Positions 26,687 through 40,664 of a DNA stretch of 64,000 bases are shown here, one piece after another; position 1 is the stretch's first letter; every line of letters begins with the position of its first letter. This stretch comes from Eledone cirrhosa (Eukaryota). The position numbers were made by a program, and so were the translations under genes. The stretch covers positions 1,922,001-1,986,000 of the forward strand of contig OZ024743.1 in the NCBI GenBank assembly GCA_964016885.1, written 5' to 3'. The notes under the pieces are model-generated. The model ran no database searches, had not been told where the DNA came from, and saw nothing but the letters and a program-made list of their open reading frames with translations.

Positions 26687-29600
26687 GGGAGAGAGAGAAA
26701 TTACCCTCAGTAGATCAGACAGAGGAACCAGCTATTGAGATTGACGAATATAGGGTCCAAGAGGCGATTAAGGAAATGAAAAATGGTGAGGCTGCTGGAC
26801 CGTCAGGAATAGTTGCTGAGATGCTGCAGGCATCAGGGGACATAGGCACTAAACTGGTTGCACGCTTCATCAAATCAGGCTATATATGGCAGTGTCATAC
26901 CCAAAGACTAGTGCAAAAGTAAAGGGGATGCTCTTGAGAGGAGAAATTATAGGGATATAAAACTGATGGATCAGGTTATGAAAGTGGCAGAAAGGATATT
27001 AGCACAACTAATTAGAGAAAGGGTCAAACTAGATGAGATGCAGTTTGGTTTTGTGCCTGGGAATAGTACAACAGATGCCCTCTTCTTGATGAGACAATTA
27101 CAAGAGAGGTTCTTAGAGAAAAATAAGCCACTATACTTAGCCTTTGTTGACCTAGAGAAGGCCTTTGATAGGCTACCCCGATCTGTCATCTTATTATTTA
27201 ACCTATAAATGGGGCCCTAACAGGTACTACTACACCAGGCCAGAGCAGACCTGGGAGTTATGACAACTAAGGGGGTAACTCCACGTTCCCCACAGTTCCT
27301 CCTGAACTTGAGCCTTGCCACTGGATGTAGTTTAATGTCATACCCAGGACAAATATATAAATACATATATATATACATACACATATATATATATACATAT
27401 ATACAAATATATATATGCGTACGAAAGTGTGGTTACATGATGCCTATGCGAGATGTGCGACGCTGCATGGTAGTGAGAGATGGACAGCAACTGCAGAGGA
27501 TATGCGATGGCTGGAGAGAAATGAAGCAAGCATGCTCCGTTGGATGTGCATTGTCATTGTGCGGGAACGACCAAGCATAAACGAGTTGAGAGAGAAACTG
27601 TGTTTAAGAGGGATAAGTTGTGGTGTGCAAGAGAGGACTGAGATGGTATGGACATGTGATGCGCATGGAGGTTGAGCGCTGGGTAAAGAAGGGAGACGCA
27701 GTAGAGGAAGACCACGAAAAACATGGGTGGAGGTGGTGAGAGCTGACTTCAGATCGCTGAAACTCACCAAGGAGATGACGAAGGACCGTGACAAGTGAAG
27801 AGATGCTTTGCTCAAGAGGACCTGTCCCACCCTTTCAAGCAGGGAAAAGCGGACGTAAAATGATGAACAGACGATGATAATGATGTTCTCTATATATCTA
27901 TCTCTCTATCAATCTATCCAGATATTTGTGCATCAGTCTATCTATTTACCTATAAACACCCTCCTGCACGTCTCACTCCGTCTCAGGATCACCGAGACAT
28001 CACCAACAACCAACCCACGCTGTGGGAAACATTCCTCCCCGGGGGCACATCCTGGTACTTCACACCATCTGTCTGTCTCGCTGCCTAACTACCGAGAAAT
28101 CCGGCTTCTGTGCTTGCCTAATTTGTAGGTTATTAGGCAGTTGGCAGGTTTGCGGAAGTTGGTTTTGCAAATGGTTAAAACACTTGCATCACAAAATTCA
28201 AGAAGCATCACTCCTTGTTTTATCTTTCTCATCTTTACCTAGGCCTGCATAAGTTAGTGTTACGGTTAGTGTTACGGTTAGCGTTACGGCTAGTTTTAGG
28301 GTTAATTGAGAGCAAGAAACTAGGTAAAGAAAAGAAAGACTATATTTACAAGCAATTTTTACAAACAGCCACAATGACAGGACGGAGACATCGTTATGCT
28401 AGCGGGGGATTTCAATGGTCAAGTTGGACAGCTCTAGGATGGTTACACTGAGGTACATGTTGGGCACACTTACGGCTTAAGAAATGAAGCAGTGAAACTT
28501 CTTGAATTTTGCGATGCAATTGCACTAACGATCTACAACACTAACTTACACAAATCTGCCAACCACCTAATAACCTACAAATCAGGCAAGCACATAAGAC
28601 AGATTGACTTCTTGCTAGTTAGGCAGCGGGACAGGCAGATGGTGTCAAATACAAAGGCATACCCCGGGGAAGAATGTACCCCACAGCATAGGTTAGTCGT
28701 TATTTATATCTCAGTAAGAAAGAGACTGAATGAGACATACAGGAAGGTGTGGAAAAAAGAAAGGTCTGGCAGCTAAAAGAGCTTTCACTAAAATACAAAT
28801 TTACGAAAGCCCTTCAATTTGTGTATAATGAAAAAGAAGACGATTTAGAGTCGTACAACATAGATAACTGGAATTTCTTATGCGATACCTTACTGCAGGT
28901 TACTGATGAAACTTGTGGCTGGATCAGAGTTCCAACCAGACAGAGAGTGACATGGTGGTAGGACAGCACGGTAGATCGGGCCATTGGAGACTAAAGACTA
29001 GCATGGAATGCTTGGAAAATTAGTGCGAGTAGAGAAGAATATACAGCCGCTAAGAGAGAAGCTAGATGTCAGGTGTACTTAGCACGCAAGGAGGCTGCTC
29101 GACAAGAAGATCAAAGACGCGCTGTGTTCCGTATTGCGAGGCTGTGTGTCAGTGCAAATCGAGATTAAGTTTGTCTGCTTAATGATGCCGGTGTACTTAG
29201 TTTCACGGATGGTCAGAAAAAAAAAGGCCTGGAAATGTCATTAAGAGAGACTGATGAATGTGGAGACCCAATGTGAGAAAGAGAGAAATCACCCCCCCCC
29301 CCCCCAGTACATCCGACAGAGGGATCAGCTATTCAGATTGACGAATATATGGTCTAAGAGGCGATTAAGGAAATGAATAATGGTAAGGCCGCTGGACCGT
29401 CAGGAATAGTTGCCGAGATGCTGCAGGCATCAGGGGACATAGGCACTAAACTGGTTGCACGCTTCATCAAATCAGGCTATATATGTCGGTTTTGTACTCA
29501 AAGACTGCTGCAGCAATATTCTCGTAAATTGCTACAAAGGTAAAGGGGATGCTCTGGACATGAGCAATTATAGAGGAATAAAGCTGATGGATCAGGTTGT

Positions 29601-29936
29601 GAAAGTGGCAGAAAGGATATTAGCGCAACTAATTATAGAAAGGGTCCAACTAGATGCGATGCAGTTTGGTTATGTGCCTGGGAAAAGTGCAACAGATACC
29701 CTCTTAGCGAGACAACTACAAGAGAGGTTCTTAGAAGCCACTATACTTAGCTTTTGTTGAAATAAATTCCTTTCTCTTACTGATCATAACTGCAAAATAA
29801 AAAACTGTAGCGTTAGCGTGAACAGTACAGTGCAGTGCAGTGTAGTGTGATTTAGTATGGTGCAGTTTCGTGGCACAGTACACTGTAAAACATTTAGCCA
29901 ATCTCTCAGACATTTACAAATATTTCAAGATATATA

Positions 29937-29988
<52 letters not shown>

Positions 29989-32900
29989 GAGAGAGAGAAA
30001 TTACCCTCAGTAGATCAGACAGAGGAACCAGCTATTGAGATTGACGAATATAGGGTCCAAGAGGCGATTAAGGAAATGAAAAATGGTGAGGCTGCTGGAC
30101 CGTCAGGAATAGTTGCTGAGATGCTGCAGGCATCAGGGGACATAGGCACTAAACTGGTTGCACGCTTCATCAAATCAGGCTATATATGTCGGTTTTGTAC
30201 TCAAAGACTGCTGCAGCAATATTCTCGTAAATTGCTACAAAGGTAAAGGGGATGCTCTGGACATGAGCAATTATAGAGGAATAAAGCTGATGGATCAGGT
30301 TGTGAAAGTGGCAGAAAGGATATTAGCGCAACTAATTATAGAAAGGGTCCAACTAGATGCGATGCAGTTTGGTTATGTGCCTGGGAAAAGTGCAACAGAT
30401 ACCCTCTTAGCGAGACAACTACAAGAGAGGTTCTTAGAAGCCACTATACTTAGCTTTTGTTGAAATAACTTCCTTTCTCTTACTGATCATAACTGCAAAA
30501 TAAAAAAACAGTAGCGTTAGCGTTAGAGTGAACAGTACAGTACAGTGCAGTGCAGTGCAGTGTGATTTAGTATGGTGCAGTTTAGTGGCACAGTACACTG
30601 TAAAACATTTAGCCAATCTCTCAGACATTTACAAATATTTCAAGATATATATTATATATATATATATATATATGGGAGAGAGAGAAATTACCCTCAGTAG
30701 ATCAGACAGAGGAACCAGCTATTGAGATTGACGAATATAGGGTCCAAGAGGCGATTAAGGAAATGAAAAATGGTGAGGCTGCTGGACCGTCAGGAATAGT
30801 TGCTGAGATGCTGCAGGCATCAGGGGACATAGGCACTAAACTGGTTGCACGCTTCATCAAATCAGGCTATATATGGCAGTGTCATACCCAAAGACTAGTG
30901 CAAAAGTAAAGGGGATGCTCTTGAGAGGAGAAATTATAGGGATATAAAACTGATGGATCAGGTTATGAAAGTGGCAGAAAGGATATTAGCACAACTAATT
31001 AGAGAAAGGGTCAAACTAGATGAGATGCAGTTTGGTTTTGTGCCTGGGAATAGTACAACAGATGCCCTCTTCTTGATGAGACAATTACAAGAGAGGTTCT
31101 TAGAGAAAAATAAGCCACTATACTTAGCCTTTGTTGACCTAGAGAAGGCCTTTGATAGGCTACCCCGATCTGTCATCTTATTATTTAACCTATAAATGGG
31201 GCCCTAACAGGTACTACTACACCAGGCCAGAGCAGACCTGGGAGTTATGACAACTAAGGGGGTAACTCCACGTTCCCCACAGTTCCTCCTGAACTTGAGC
31301 CTTGCCACTGGATGTAGTTTAATGTCATACCCAGGACAAATATATACATACATATATATATACATACACATATATATATATACATATATACAAATATATA
31401 TATGCGTACGAAAGTGTGGTTACATGATGCCTATGCGAGATGTGCGACGCTGCATGGTAGTGAGAGATGGACAGCAACTGCAGAGGATATGCGATGGCTG
31501 GAGAGAAATGAAGCAAGCATGCTCCGTTGGATGTGCATTGTCATTGTGCGGGAACGACCAAGCATAAACGAGTTGAGAGAGAAACTGTGTTTAAGAGGGA
31601 TAAGTTGTGGTGTGCAAGAGAGGACTGAGATGGTATGGACATGTGATGCGCATGGAGGTTGAGCGCTGGGTAAAGAAGGGAGACGCAGTAGAGGAAGACC
31701 ACGAAAAACATGGGTGGAGGTGGTGAGAGCTGACTTCAGATCGCTGAAACTCACCAAGGAGATGACGAAGGACCGTGACAAGTGAAGAGATGCTTTGCTC
31801 AAGAGGACCTGTCCCACCCTTTCAAGCAGGGAAAAGCGGACGTAAAATGATGAACAGACGATGATAATGATGTTCTCTATATATCTATCTCTCTATCAAT
31901 CTATCCAGATATTTGTGCATCAGTCTATCTATTTACCTATAAACACCCTCCTGCACGTCTCACTCCGTCTCAGGATCACCGAGACATCACCAACAACCAA
32001 CCCACGCTGTGGGAAACATTCCTCCCCGGGGGCACATCCTGGTACTTCACACCATCTGTCTGTCTCGCTGCCTAACTACCGAGAAATCCGGCTTCTGTGC
32101 TTGCCTAATTTGTAGGTTATTAGGCAGTTGGCAGGTTTGCGGAAGTTGGTTTTGCAAATGGTTAAAACACTTGCATCACAAAATTCAAGAAGCATCACTC
32201 CTTGTTTTATCTTTCTCATCTTTACCTAGGCCTGCATAAGTTAGTGTTACGGTTAGTGTTACGGTTAGCGTTACGGCTAGTTTTAGGGTTAATTGAGAGC
32301 AAGAAACTAGGTAAAGAAAAGAAAGACTATATTTACAAGCAATTTTTACAAACAGCCACAATGACAGGACGGAGACATCGTTATGCTAGCGGGGGATTTC
32401 AATGGTCAAGTTGGACAGCTCTCGGATGGTTACACTGAGGTACATGTTGGGCACACTTACGGCTTAAGAAATGAAGCAGTGAAACTTCTTGAATTTTGCG
32501 ATGCAATTGCACTAACGATCTACAACACTAACTTACACAAATCTGCCAACCACCTAATAACCTACAAATCAGGCAAGCACATAAGACAGATTGACTTCTT
32601 GCTAGTTAGGCAGCGGGACAGGCAGATGGTGTCAAATACAAAGGCATACCCCGGGGAAGAATGTACCCCACAGCATAGGTTAGTCGTTATTTATATCTCA
32701 GTAAGAAAGAGACTGAATGAGACATACAGGAAGGTGTGGAAAAAAGAAAGGTCTGGCAGCTAAAAGAGCTTTCACTAAAATACAAATTTACGAAAGCCCT
32801 TCAATTTGTGTATAATGAAAAAGAAGACGATTTAGAGTCGTACAACATAGATAACTGGAATTTCTTATGCGATACCTTACTGCAGGTTACTGATGAAACT

Positions 32901-33913
32901 TGTGGCTGGATCAGAGTTCCAACCAGACAGAGAGTGACATGGTGGTAGGACAGCACGGTAGATCGGGCCATTGGAGACTAAAGACTAGCATGGAATGCTT
33001 GGAAAATTAGTGCGAGTAGAGAAGAATATACAGCCGCTAAGAGAGAAGCTAGATGTCAGGTGTACTTAGCACGCAAGGAGGCTGCTCGACAAGAAGATCA
33101 AAGACGCGCTGTGTTCCGTATTGCGAGGCTGTGTGTCAGTGCAAATCGAGATTAAGTTTGTCTGCTTAATGATGCCGGTGTACTTAGTTTCACGGATGGT
33201 CAGAAAAAAAAAGGCCTGGAAATGTCATTAAGAGAGACTGATGAATGTGGAGACCCAATGTGAGAAAGAGAGAAATCACCCCCCCCCCCAGTACATCCGA
33301 CAGAGGGATCAGCTATTCAGATTGACGAATATATGGTCTAAGAGGCGATTAAGGAAATGAATAATGGTAAGGCCGCTGGACCGTCAGGAATAGTTGCCGA
33401 GATGCTGCAGGCATCAGGGGACATAGGCACTAAACTGGTTGCACGCTTCATCAAATCAGGCTATATATGTCGGTTTTGTACTCAAAGACTGCTGCAGCAA
33501 TATTCTCGTAAATTGCTACAAAGGTAAAGGGGATGCTCTGGACATGAGCAATTATAGAGGAATAAAGCTGATGGATCAGGTTGTGAAAGTGGCAGAAAGG
33601 ATATTAGCGCAACTAATTATAGAAAGGGTCCAACTAGATGCGATGCAGTTTGGTTATGTGCCTGGGAAAAGTGCAACAGATACCCTCTTAGCGAGACAAC
33701 TACAAGAGAGGTTCTTAGAAGCCACTATACTTAGCTTTTGTTGAAATAAATTCCTTTCTCTTACTGATCATAACTGCAAAATAAAAAACTGTAGCGTTAG
33801 CGTGAATAGTACAGTGCAGTGCAGTGTAGTGTGATTTAGTATGGTGCAGTTTCGTGGCACAGTACACTGTAAAACATTTAGCCAATCTCTCAGACATTTA
33901 CAAATATTTCAAG

Positions 33914-34045
<132 letters not shown>

Positions 34046-34054
34046 ATATATATA

Positions 34055-35045
34055 CTAGCAGTAAAGCCCGGCGTTGCTCGGGGTCGCTCAGTAGCTGTGT
34101 TAAAGTTACAATGTTAAGTTTCTTTTTTGGCTTAAAAACTGTAGTGTCTACTGTGCAGACTTGCATGTGGTGTTTTTGATTAATATTCCCTCAACCAACA
34201 ATATGCCTTATGAAGTTAAGAAAACATAACGATAACCCGAATGTTATAACAAAAGAGGATGCTGGGGATAAAAACTGCACTGGTTATGGTTATTTATTAA
34301 CAAAGATCGAAAATGTAAACACTGCAACGCAGAGAAAAACATTAGCGTAACCAAATTATCAGTTATGTCTGTCTGCACGCCTATATCACCTCTCTGCACG
34401 ACTGTCTGTCTGCACGCCTATATCACCTCTCTGCACAACTGTCTGTCTGCACGCCTATATCACCTCTCTGCACGACTGTCTGTCTGCACGCCTATATCAC
34501 CTCTCTGCACGACTGTCTGTCTGCACGCCTATATCACCTCTCTGCACGACTGTGTCTGCACGCCTATATCACCTCTCTGCACGACTGTCTGTCTGCACGA
34601 CTGTCTGTCTGCACGCCTAACGACGAAATATTTGCTTGTTTTACGTAGTCTTTAAATAGACTTGTTTTCAAGTAAAAATATTGTTTTAAAATGCTTTTAA
34701 ATGGAAATGAAGCAAAACGGAAGCTTAGTGTTAATGTTATTTTAAACGTGTATTGTGTTAATGTCATTTTAAACGCTGAGAAAGCCAGCGTAATTTTTTA
34801 CGTAAGACGCTCAATGTAAACAGAACAAAGGGAAATAACTGATAACTTACGCTCAAAAATCGATACATTATATTCGATTTCGTCACATAGGGTGCGTCAA
34901 TTTGAAATTTTCTTTGCCCGATGTCTTCGTTAGGGCTCAATGTACAAGTATAGCAATTTCGGTGCAATTCCGTGAGAGATTCTAAGAGGAGATGTGTGCC
35001 AAAAATCGATAGACAGACAGACAACCACAGTTTTATATATATAGA
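34055..35045 (-). mobile_element. Non-autonomous Helitron
   Basis: On the minus strand it begins A|TCTATATATATAAAA and ends with a GC hairpin (cccggcgttgctcggg, 34067-34082) followed by CTAG|T. It sits in the (TA)n tract of a type B unit, whose sequence resumes at ~35052. Confidence 0.85.
34367..34618. repeat. 37-bp minisatellite inside the Helitron (about 6 copies)
   Basis: Unit gtctgtctgcacgcctatatcacctctctgcacgact is repeated in tandem. Confidence 0.95.
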
Positions 35046-35749
35046 TATATATGGGAGAGAGAGAAATTACCCTCAGTAGATCAGACAGAGGAACCAGCTA
35101 TTGAGATTGACGAATATAGGGTCCAAGAGGCGATTAAGGAAATGAAAAATGGTGAGGCTGCTGGACCATCGGAGATAGTTGTTGAGATGCTGAAGGCCTC
35201 AGGGGACGTAGGCACTAAACTGGTTGCACACATCAATCAGGCTATATATGGCAGTGTCATACCCAAAGACTAGTGCAAAAGTAAAGGGGATGCCCTTGAG
35301 AGGAGAAATTATAGGGGTATAAAACTGATGGATCAGGTTATGAAAGTGGCAGAAAGGATATTAGCACAACTAATTAGAGAAAGGGTCAAACTAGATGAGA
35401 TGCAGTTTGGTTTTGTGCCTGGGAATAGTACAACAGATGCCCTCTTCTTGATGAGACAATTACAAGAGAGGTTCTTAGAGAAAAATAAGCCACTATACTT
35501 AGCCTTTGTTGACCTAGAGAAGGCCTTTGATAGGGTACCCCGATCTGTCATCTTATTATTTAACCTATAAATGGGGCCCTAACAGGTACTACTACACCAG
35601 GCCAGAGCAGACCTGGGAGTTATGACAACTAAGGGGGTAACTCCACGTTCCCCACAGTTCCTCCTGAACTTGAGCCTTGCCACTGGATGTAGTTTAATGT
35701 CATACCCAGGACAAATATATACATATACACACATATATATATATATCAA

Positions 35750-35885
35750 AATTGATGGAAGTTACGGAGTAGGCAGACCCAGAAAAACCTGGGACGATCT
35801 GATAAATTCCGACCTTACATACATCTCTCCAAGACAATGTCACTGGACAGAGATCTTTGGCACTACGCAGTCATACAGAAGACCT
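35750..35885 (+). mobile_element. Short RTE 3' ORF fragment
   Basis: IDGSYGVGRPRKTWDDLINSDL motif. Confidence 0.6.
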
Positions 35886-36024
35886 GATTTGTCTATGTAC
35901 AACGCGAAACTTCGTCAGTAGGCACCTCTTAACCAAAAATACACCCGCATCCCACTACCCTTTCCTCCAACCTCTTTCTCTGTAAAGTTATGTTGGTACC
36001 ACAACATCCAGCCCTAAATAAATG

Positions 36025-36282
36025 AGGTCGTGTAGATGTCACGACAAAAAAAAAAAAAAAAAAAATCTCCACGCTGTAATGTGCCCGTGTAGGTAACACG
36101 GTAAAAACCTCCCAGTCCACACTAAACGTGGTTGGTGTTAGGAAGGGCACCCAACCGTAGAAAACCTGCCAGACAGTCCTATACGAGCGAGAAAAACCAA
36201 TCTTGCCTCAAGTGGGACATCTCCCGTCTAAACCCATGCTAGCGTGGAAGATAGACTTTAAACGATGATGATGATGATGATA
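36025..36282 (+). mobile_element. RTE-derived short non-autonomous element with (GAT)n tail
   Basis: ggttggtgttaggaagggca.cca.c.gtagaaa core is shared with 49358-49522, 58912-59110 and 62853-63023. Confidence 0.65.
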
Positions 36283-36444
36283 TATACACATGGGATAACA
36301 AGTTATCGTTTTAGGTAATCCAGTGAGAGGTTTCCTTACTTAGGTAGCGAGTTTGCAATAATTCCCATGCAGGTCGATCTTGGAGTAATAGTAGTGAAAG
36401 AATGAAGAGTAAGATGGTCGGCTGTATAAAAAGGGTTTTATTTA

Positions 36445-36544
36445 CAGTACTAACAATTGTTTCATTGAACAGGTGAGTCTAAAAGTCGCTAATCACTCGA
36501 CCTTAAATACAGTGTGTGGCTCTGATAAAATCATCGGAATACTG
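36445..36544 (-). ncRNA. Type I hammerhead ribozyme motif (Penelope-type), U4C core, long weak stem II
   Basis: Minus strand reads CAGUAUU CCGAUGA ... GAAAC AAUU GUU AGUACUG. Stem I is 7 bp, stem III is palindromic (ACAAUUGU), and AATAAA follows. Confidence 0.55.
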
Positions 36545-36984
36545 GAGGGTGTAACACATGGCATTAGCATTTATAGATACATCAGAGAATCGAGTGAATG
36601 AAAACGAAAACATCAATAATAAAAGATAAACAATAATAAAAGTATAAAGAAGAAAGAATGACGATGTAAAAAATAAGTACAAAATACGGTTTCTGATAAT
36701 AGTAGAAGTTATAGTGGTGAGTAAGTGGATGTGTAAAATAGTGATGACATGAAAAGGAATACGATATATGTTTTGAGTTTATAAATCAGCAAAATAAAAA
36801 GGCAAGTTGTATAATAAAATATCAAAGGATTAAATAAATAATAAAAAGTAAGAGATAGAGAGATAAGGAATAGGAGACAGGGACTGAGAATATGGATTCG
36901 AGGATGAGACATAAAGGGTAGGAATAAGGAGAGGGACTAAAAGTTATGTTTTTCTTAACGATGATAATACAAAATTAGAGGAAT

Positions 36985-37610
36985 CAAAAGAGAATTACAG
37001 TACTATTCACATGTAGTGCAACTGGTGAAAAGTTTAAACCCCTTTTTACTGAAAAAAGCCTTAAACCTCGTTGTTTCAAGAATATATTGACATTTCTAAA
37101 CAGGAATTTTATTATAAAAAGAACATTACGGATGGATGACAGACAATATATTTTCATTTTACCTAAAAGAAATCAATTACGAATTTTTTAAACAATAGAG
37201 AAAAGTATTATTGCTCCTTGATAATGCAGCATGCCACAAACAAAGCTTTTAAAATATAAAACTTTTTTTTTCTACCCTCGAACACAACTACAAAATTACA
37301 ACCTTTAGACCAAGGAATAATTTGGTCATTCAAATGCAACTACAACACGATTTTTATTAATAAAGTTGGTTAATAAAGATGTGAAAGTGTCAATTTAAAA
37401 GGAACGTCATGAGTTACGCCCCTTTATTTTCCGAGTTCAACTTGGCCTTTCATCCTTATAGGGTCAATAAATAAAGTACCAGTGATGCACTGGAATAATT
37501 GCTGGCAAAAGTAAAAACAGTTATTGCATGGTAATTTTGGTCAGTCCAGGCATGGGATTCGGTTGTAAAAGAGACAATTGTAAATTGCTGGGAAAAGTCA
37601 GGTCTACGAA
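36985..37610 (+). pseudogene. Tigger/pogo (DDE_1) transposase remnant, interrupted by a SINE fragment at ~37430-37495
   Basis: By-eye translation gives ITVLFTCSATGEKFKPL, KPRCFKN, GWMT, KVLLLLDNAACH, FLPSNTTTKLQPLDQGIIWSFK, AWDSVVKETIVNCWEKSG. Many frameshifts. Confidence 0.85.
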
Positions 37611-37999
37611 TACAGAATTCAATGAGTGAAGATTCGCTTGCAAAAACATCAGTTGCATTGCGTTTAGAAAATGGGGAATACGAGCTGAAATACGCACTTA
37701 AGGAACTCAAGGAGCTAAAATATGATAATGTTACTTTTACAATTAAAACTTAAATTTAAATTTTTGTCTCGTTTTTAGTTTGGGGAGGGGGGGGGGATGT
37801 CAAAATAACCAACTTTTCTTTTAAAATATTAATTAAGGTAAACATGACAACTTAAATTCAAGTTTTTTGTAAAAAAAAAAAAAGGTCATTATTGACATTT
37901 TTACACACACACATATATATATACATACATACTTATATATACATACATACATACTTATATATACATACATATATACTTATATATACATACATACATACA

Positions 38000-39544
38000 C
38001 TAGCAGAAGTACCCGGCGTTGCCCGGGTGTAAGTCGACCTTTGGTCTGTTAGAATGTGTGAAAGTAACTTCCCTCGCATCACAGGTTCAAAACTTCGAAC
38101 TTCAATGAAAACAAATAGGTTAGTAGACGCAGGTGTGTAATTTATTAATTGTAGTTACAGTGTATCGTTGAAATTGTTCTCTGCACGACTGACGGAAGTC
38201 AAAATCGCTTGATATTGAATGTTCAGTTAATTTAAAGCAGGGTGAAAATGTAGATTTTTTACAGGTTTTTTTTTTTTTTACAATTTTTGCGCTCACATGT
38301 GCAGAAGAAGAATTAAAAGGGCCTTTATCTTAACCGCGGCATAATGGCGAGTCTTTTGTGACAGTTTTCAAGAATATCGGACGTTCCTGTAAAAAGTTTT
38401 CCCATGTGTAACTTTGCCTTGTCTTTTTGCGCAAAGTCGAGCCCCGCTTCAGTTTTATTGATTTTTTACATCAATGCGTGATGTCTTAAGTAGATTTGAG
38501 TAGCTAAAAACCTGTCACGGTAAATTTGCTATAGGTGAAAAAAAGTTGATCAAAATTGTATCTAGGGTTATTGCCCTTTGCAACAGCCTCAACGTGTCTT
38601 CAAGTATGGTTTGTTAATTTGCTGTGGAACTAAATCTACTTTCGTCAAATCGGACCGAGGAATCAATGTTTCCATTTCTCTTTCTAGCTAGTGTACCCGG
38701 ATACACACGGGTTTATAAGGCGCTGGATTTAAATAAATGAAGAACAAACGTTTCCTTTTGTGCTCCAATCTGTGATATTGGTATTTTGAAAAAAAATAGT
38801 CCACAAACATCCATGGAGCATGTGTAACGCATGTATCAGGTTATGAGAAAAAGGGTTTTCGATTCTCCATACATAAGATACAAAACAATTGCACGCAAAT
38901 AAACGGGATTTTAAGGCACTGCCCAATTCATAGCTGAAAGGTAAGAATCAAGTGGAATAATGTTTTGCAACATTGTCAAATGTACAACCGTACAAAAGCA
39001 AAGGAAATAGCCATTGAAATCTAGGTAGACCAAAGAATTTGGTGGTGTTGTATATCACAAAAAATGCCATTAGAGGTGGGATAATAATGAAGACAAACCC
39101 TGGTGAACTTACGTTTAAACACCCGAAAAGTTACTCACTTCCTGTGCAAAAGACTAACAGTAGTATTATAAATTAAGTAAGTATTATAAATTAAGTTGAA
39201 TAAGGTGGAATATGAAAAGATAAACTCTTTCATGGTCAGTCGTTTACTGAGACAGCTGGCCGTCCAATCAATAACGCACGTCCTTATATAGGCATATGAA
39301 ATTTATTTTTATTGCGCCAGATGTAAACTAAGAGTTCTTGTGTTCGAATTCACATAAAATTTCATTGGAATCGAAAAACATTCTGTCATAGGGCCCGATT
39401 ATCGATTTTTCGAAAATTTCAAGTAGACTATTCCACTCTACGCGTTGAGTTTTATATATGTGTGAGGTTTCATGAAAATTGGATGAACGGTGTAGCATGC
39501 AAGTTCGAAACAAACAATGCCCATCTTCATTTTATATATATAGA
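38000..39544 (-). mobile_element. Non-autonomous (composite) Helitron
   Basis: Minus-strand 5' A|TCTATATATAAAA, 3' hairpin acccggcgttgcccgggt then CTAG|T. A second terminus-like motif lies at ~38688-38712. Confidence 0.8.
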
Positions 39545-39951
39545 TATACTACGGGTGGTTTTCTGCTAGCATGTGTAGTGTGTATATTGATATTATACGC
39601 AAGTATATATACATGTAGATATGATACGTCAAATAAAATCGTAATTGACAATATACACATTAGTTGAACGAAGACTGTGTTACACTGTCTTATGTGATCA
39701 GTAAAGTAATAAATGATACATTTATTGATAAGGATGAGGGGCTAAATATTATCTATATGATTTTACATTGTTGTTATAGGTCTTCGAAGGATATTAGTTA
39801 TAAGTGATATAATTGAAATACCTTAATCGAAAAGTTGGTAGCTTCTCATCGGTAGTAAATGCTTCTGACTTCCAGGATATAAATAAATAGCTCTTCAATG
39901 CTCACTCCTCTATAAATATAATTTTATTTGTCGAAAAGGAATGGAGTCATT

Positions 39952-40482
39952 TTACAATAAATTTTCGCGCGTTTGTATCATCTCCAACTTCCCATTCGTC
40001 AGTTTGATGTATGTTGAAAGTAAAGGAGTGTTTGAATGTGATTGTGGTGTTTGCGGTGGTGCTTGTATTGACACATTGTAGAAGAGGGGAGTATGAGGCT
40101 CTGGTGTGAGAGCATCTGTGTAGGCCCGCTTTAGTCTGTCAATAGAGTGTGTCTTTATGTCCATTAAAGTCAAAGGTGAAATGTTTATCTCTACGTGCAA
40201 GTACACGATAGGGTCCAGAATAAGGTGGAGTGAGAGGACTTCTAACTGCGTCATTTCTGACAAAAACATGCGTCCACGAGGAAAGTCCCTCGGAACAGAA
40301 GATTTAAAGGTTTGTTGCCTAGTTTTCATATGAGGCAGGACTTGAAAATACGCACGCAAACGGGTCACATATAGTGTAGAGTCCTGAGTAGCAAGGTCAA
40401 CTGGAGAAAACATCTGCCCTGGCAGAGATAATGTAGTGCCGTACAAAAGCTCGGCTGGAGAGAATCCAAGGTCCTCTTTCAT
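39952..40482 (-). pseudogene. Gypsy LTR-retrotransposon integrase C-terminal remnant
   Basis: KEDLGFSPAELLYGTTLSLPGQ, a frameshifted PYSGPY (GPY/F module) and HSIDRLKRAY. Confidence 0.8.
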
Positions 40483-40664
40483 TGAAAGTGCAGAGAATGA
40501 GTAGTAATATGCTTTTAAATTTTAAGAAAAAAATTAAATTGAACTTTTTTTTAAGAAATAAATTAAACAAATTTTATTTTTTAAGAAATAAATTAAATAT
40601 AAATCTGACTGACCTGCAGCCATTTGACTTCCCGTGAGTGATTATGAACACACATCCACTAATA

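Noticed and set aside
34367-34618. 37-bp repeats resembling a CRISPR array
   Set aside because: Head-to-tail repeats with no unique spacers, in eukaryotic context inside a Helitron.
39815-39860. Minus-strand CCGATGA followed by a short stem
   Set aside because: No GAAA and no stems I or III. Not supportable as a hammerhead.
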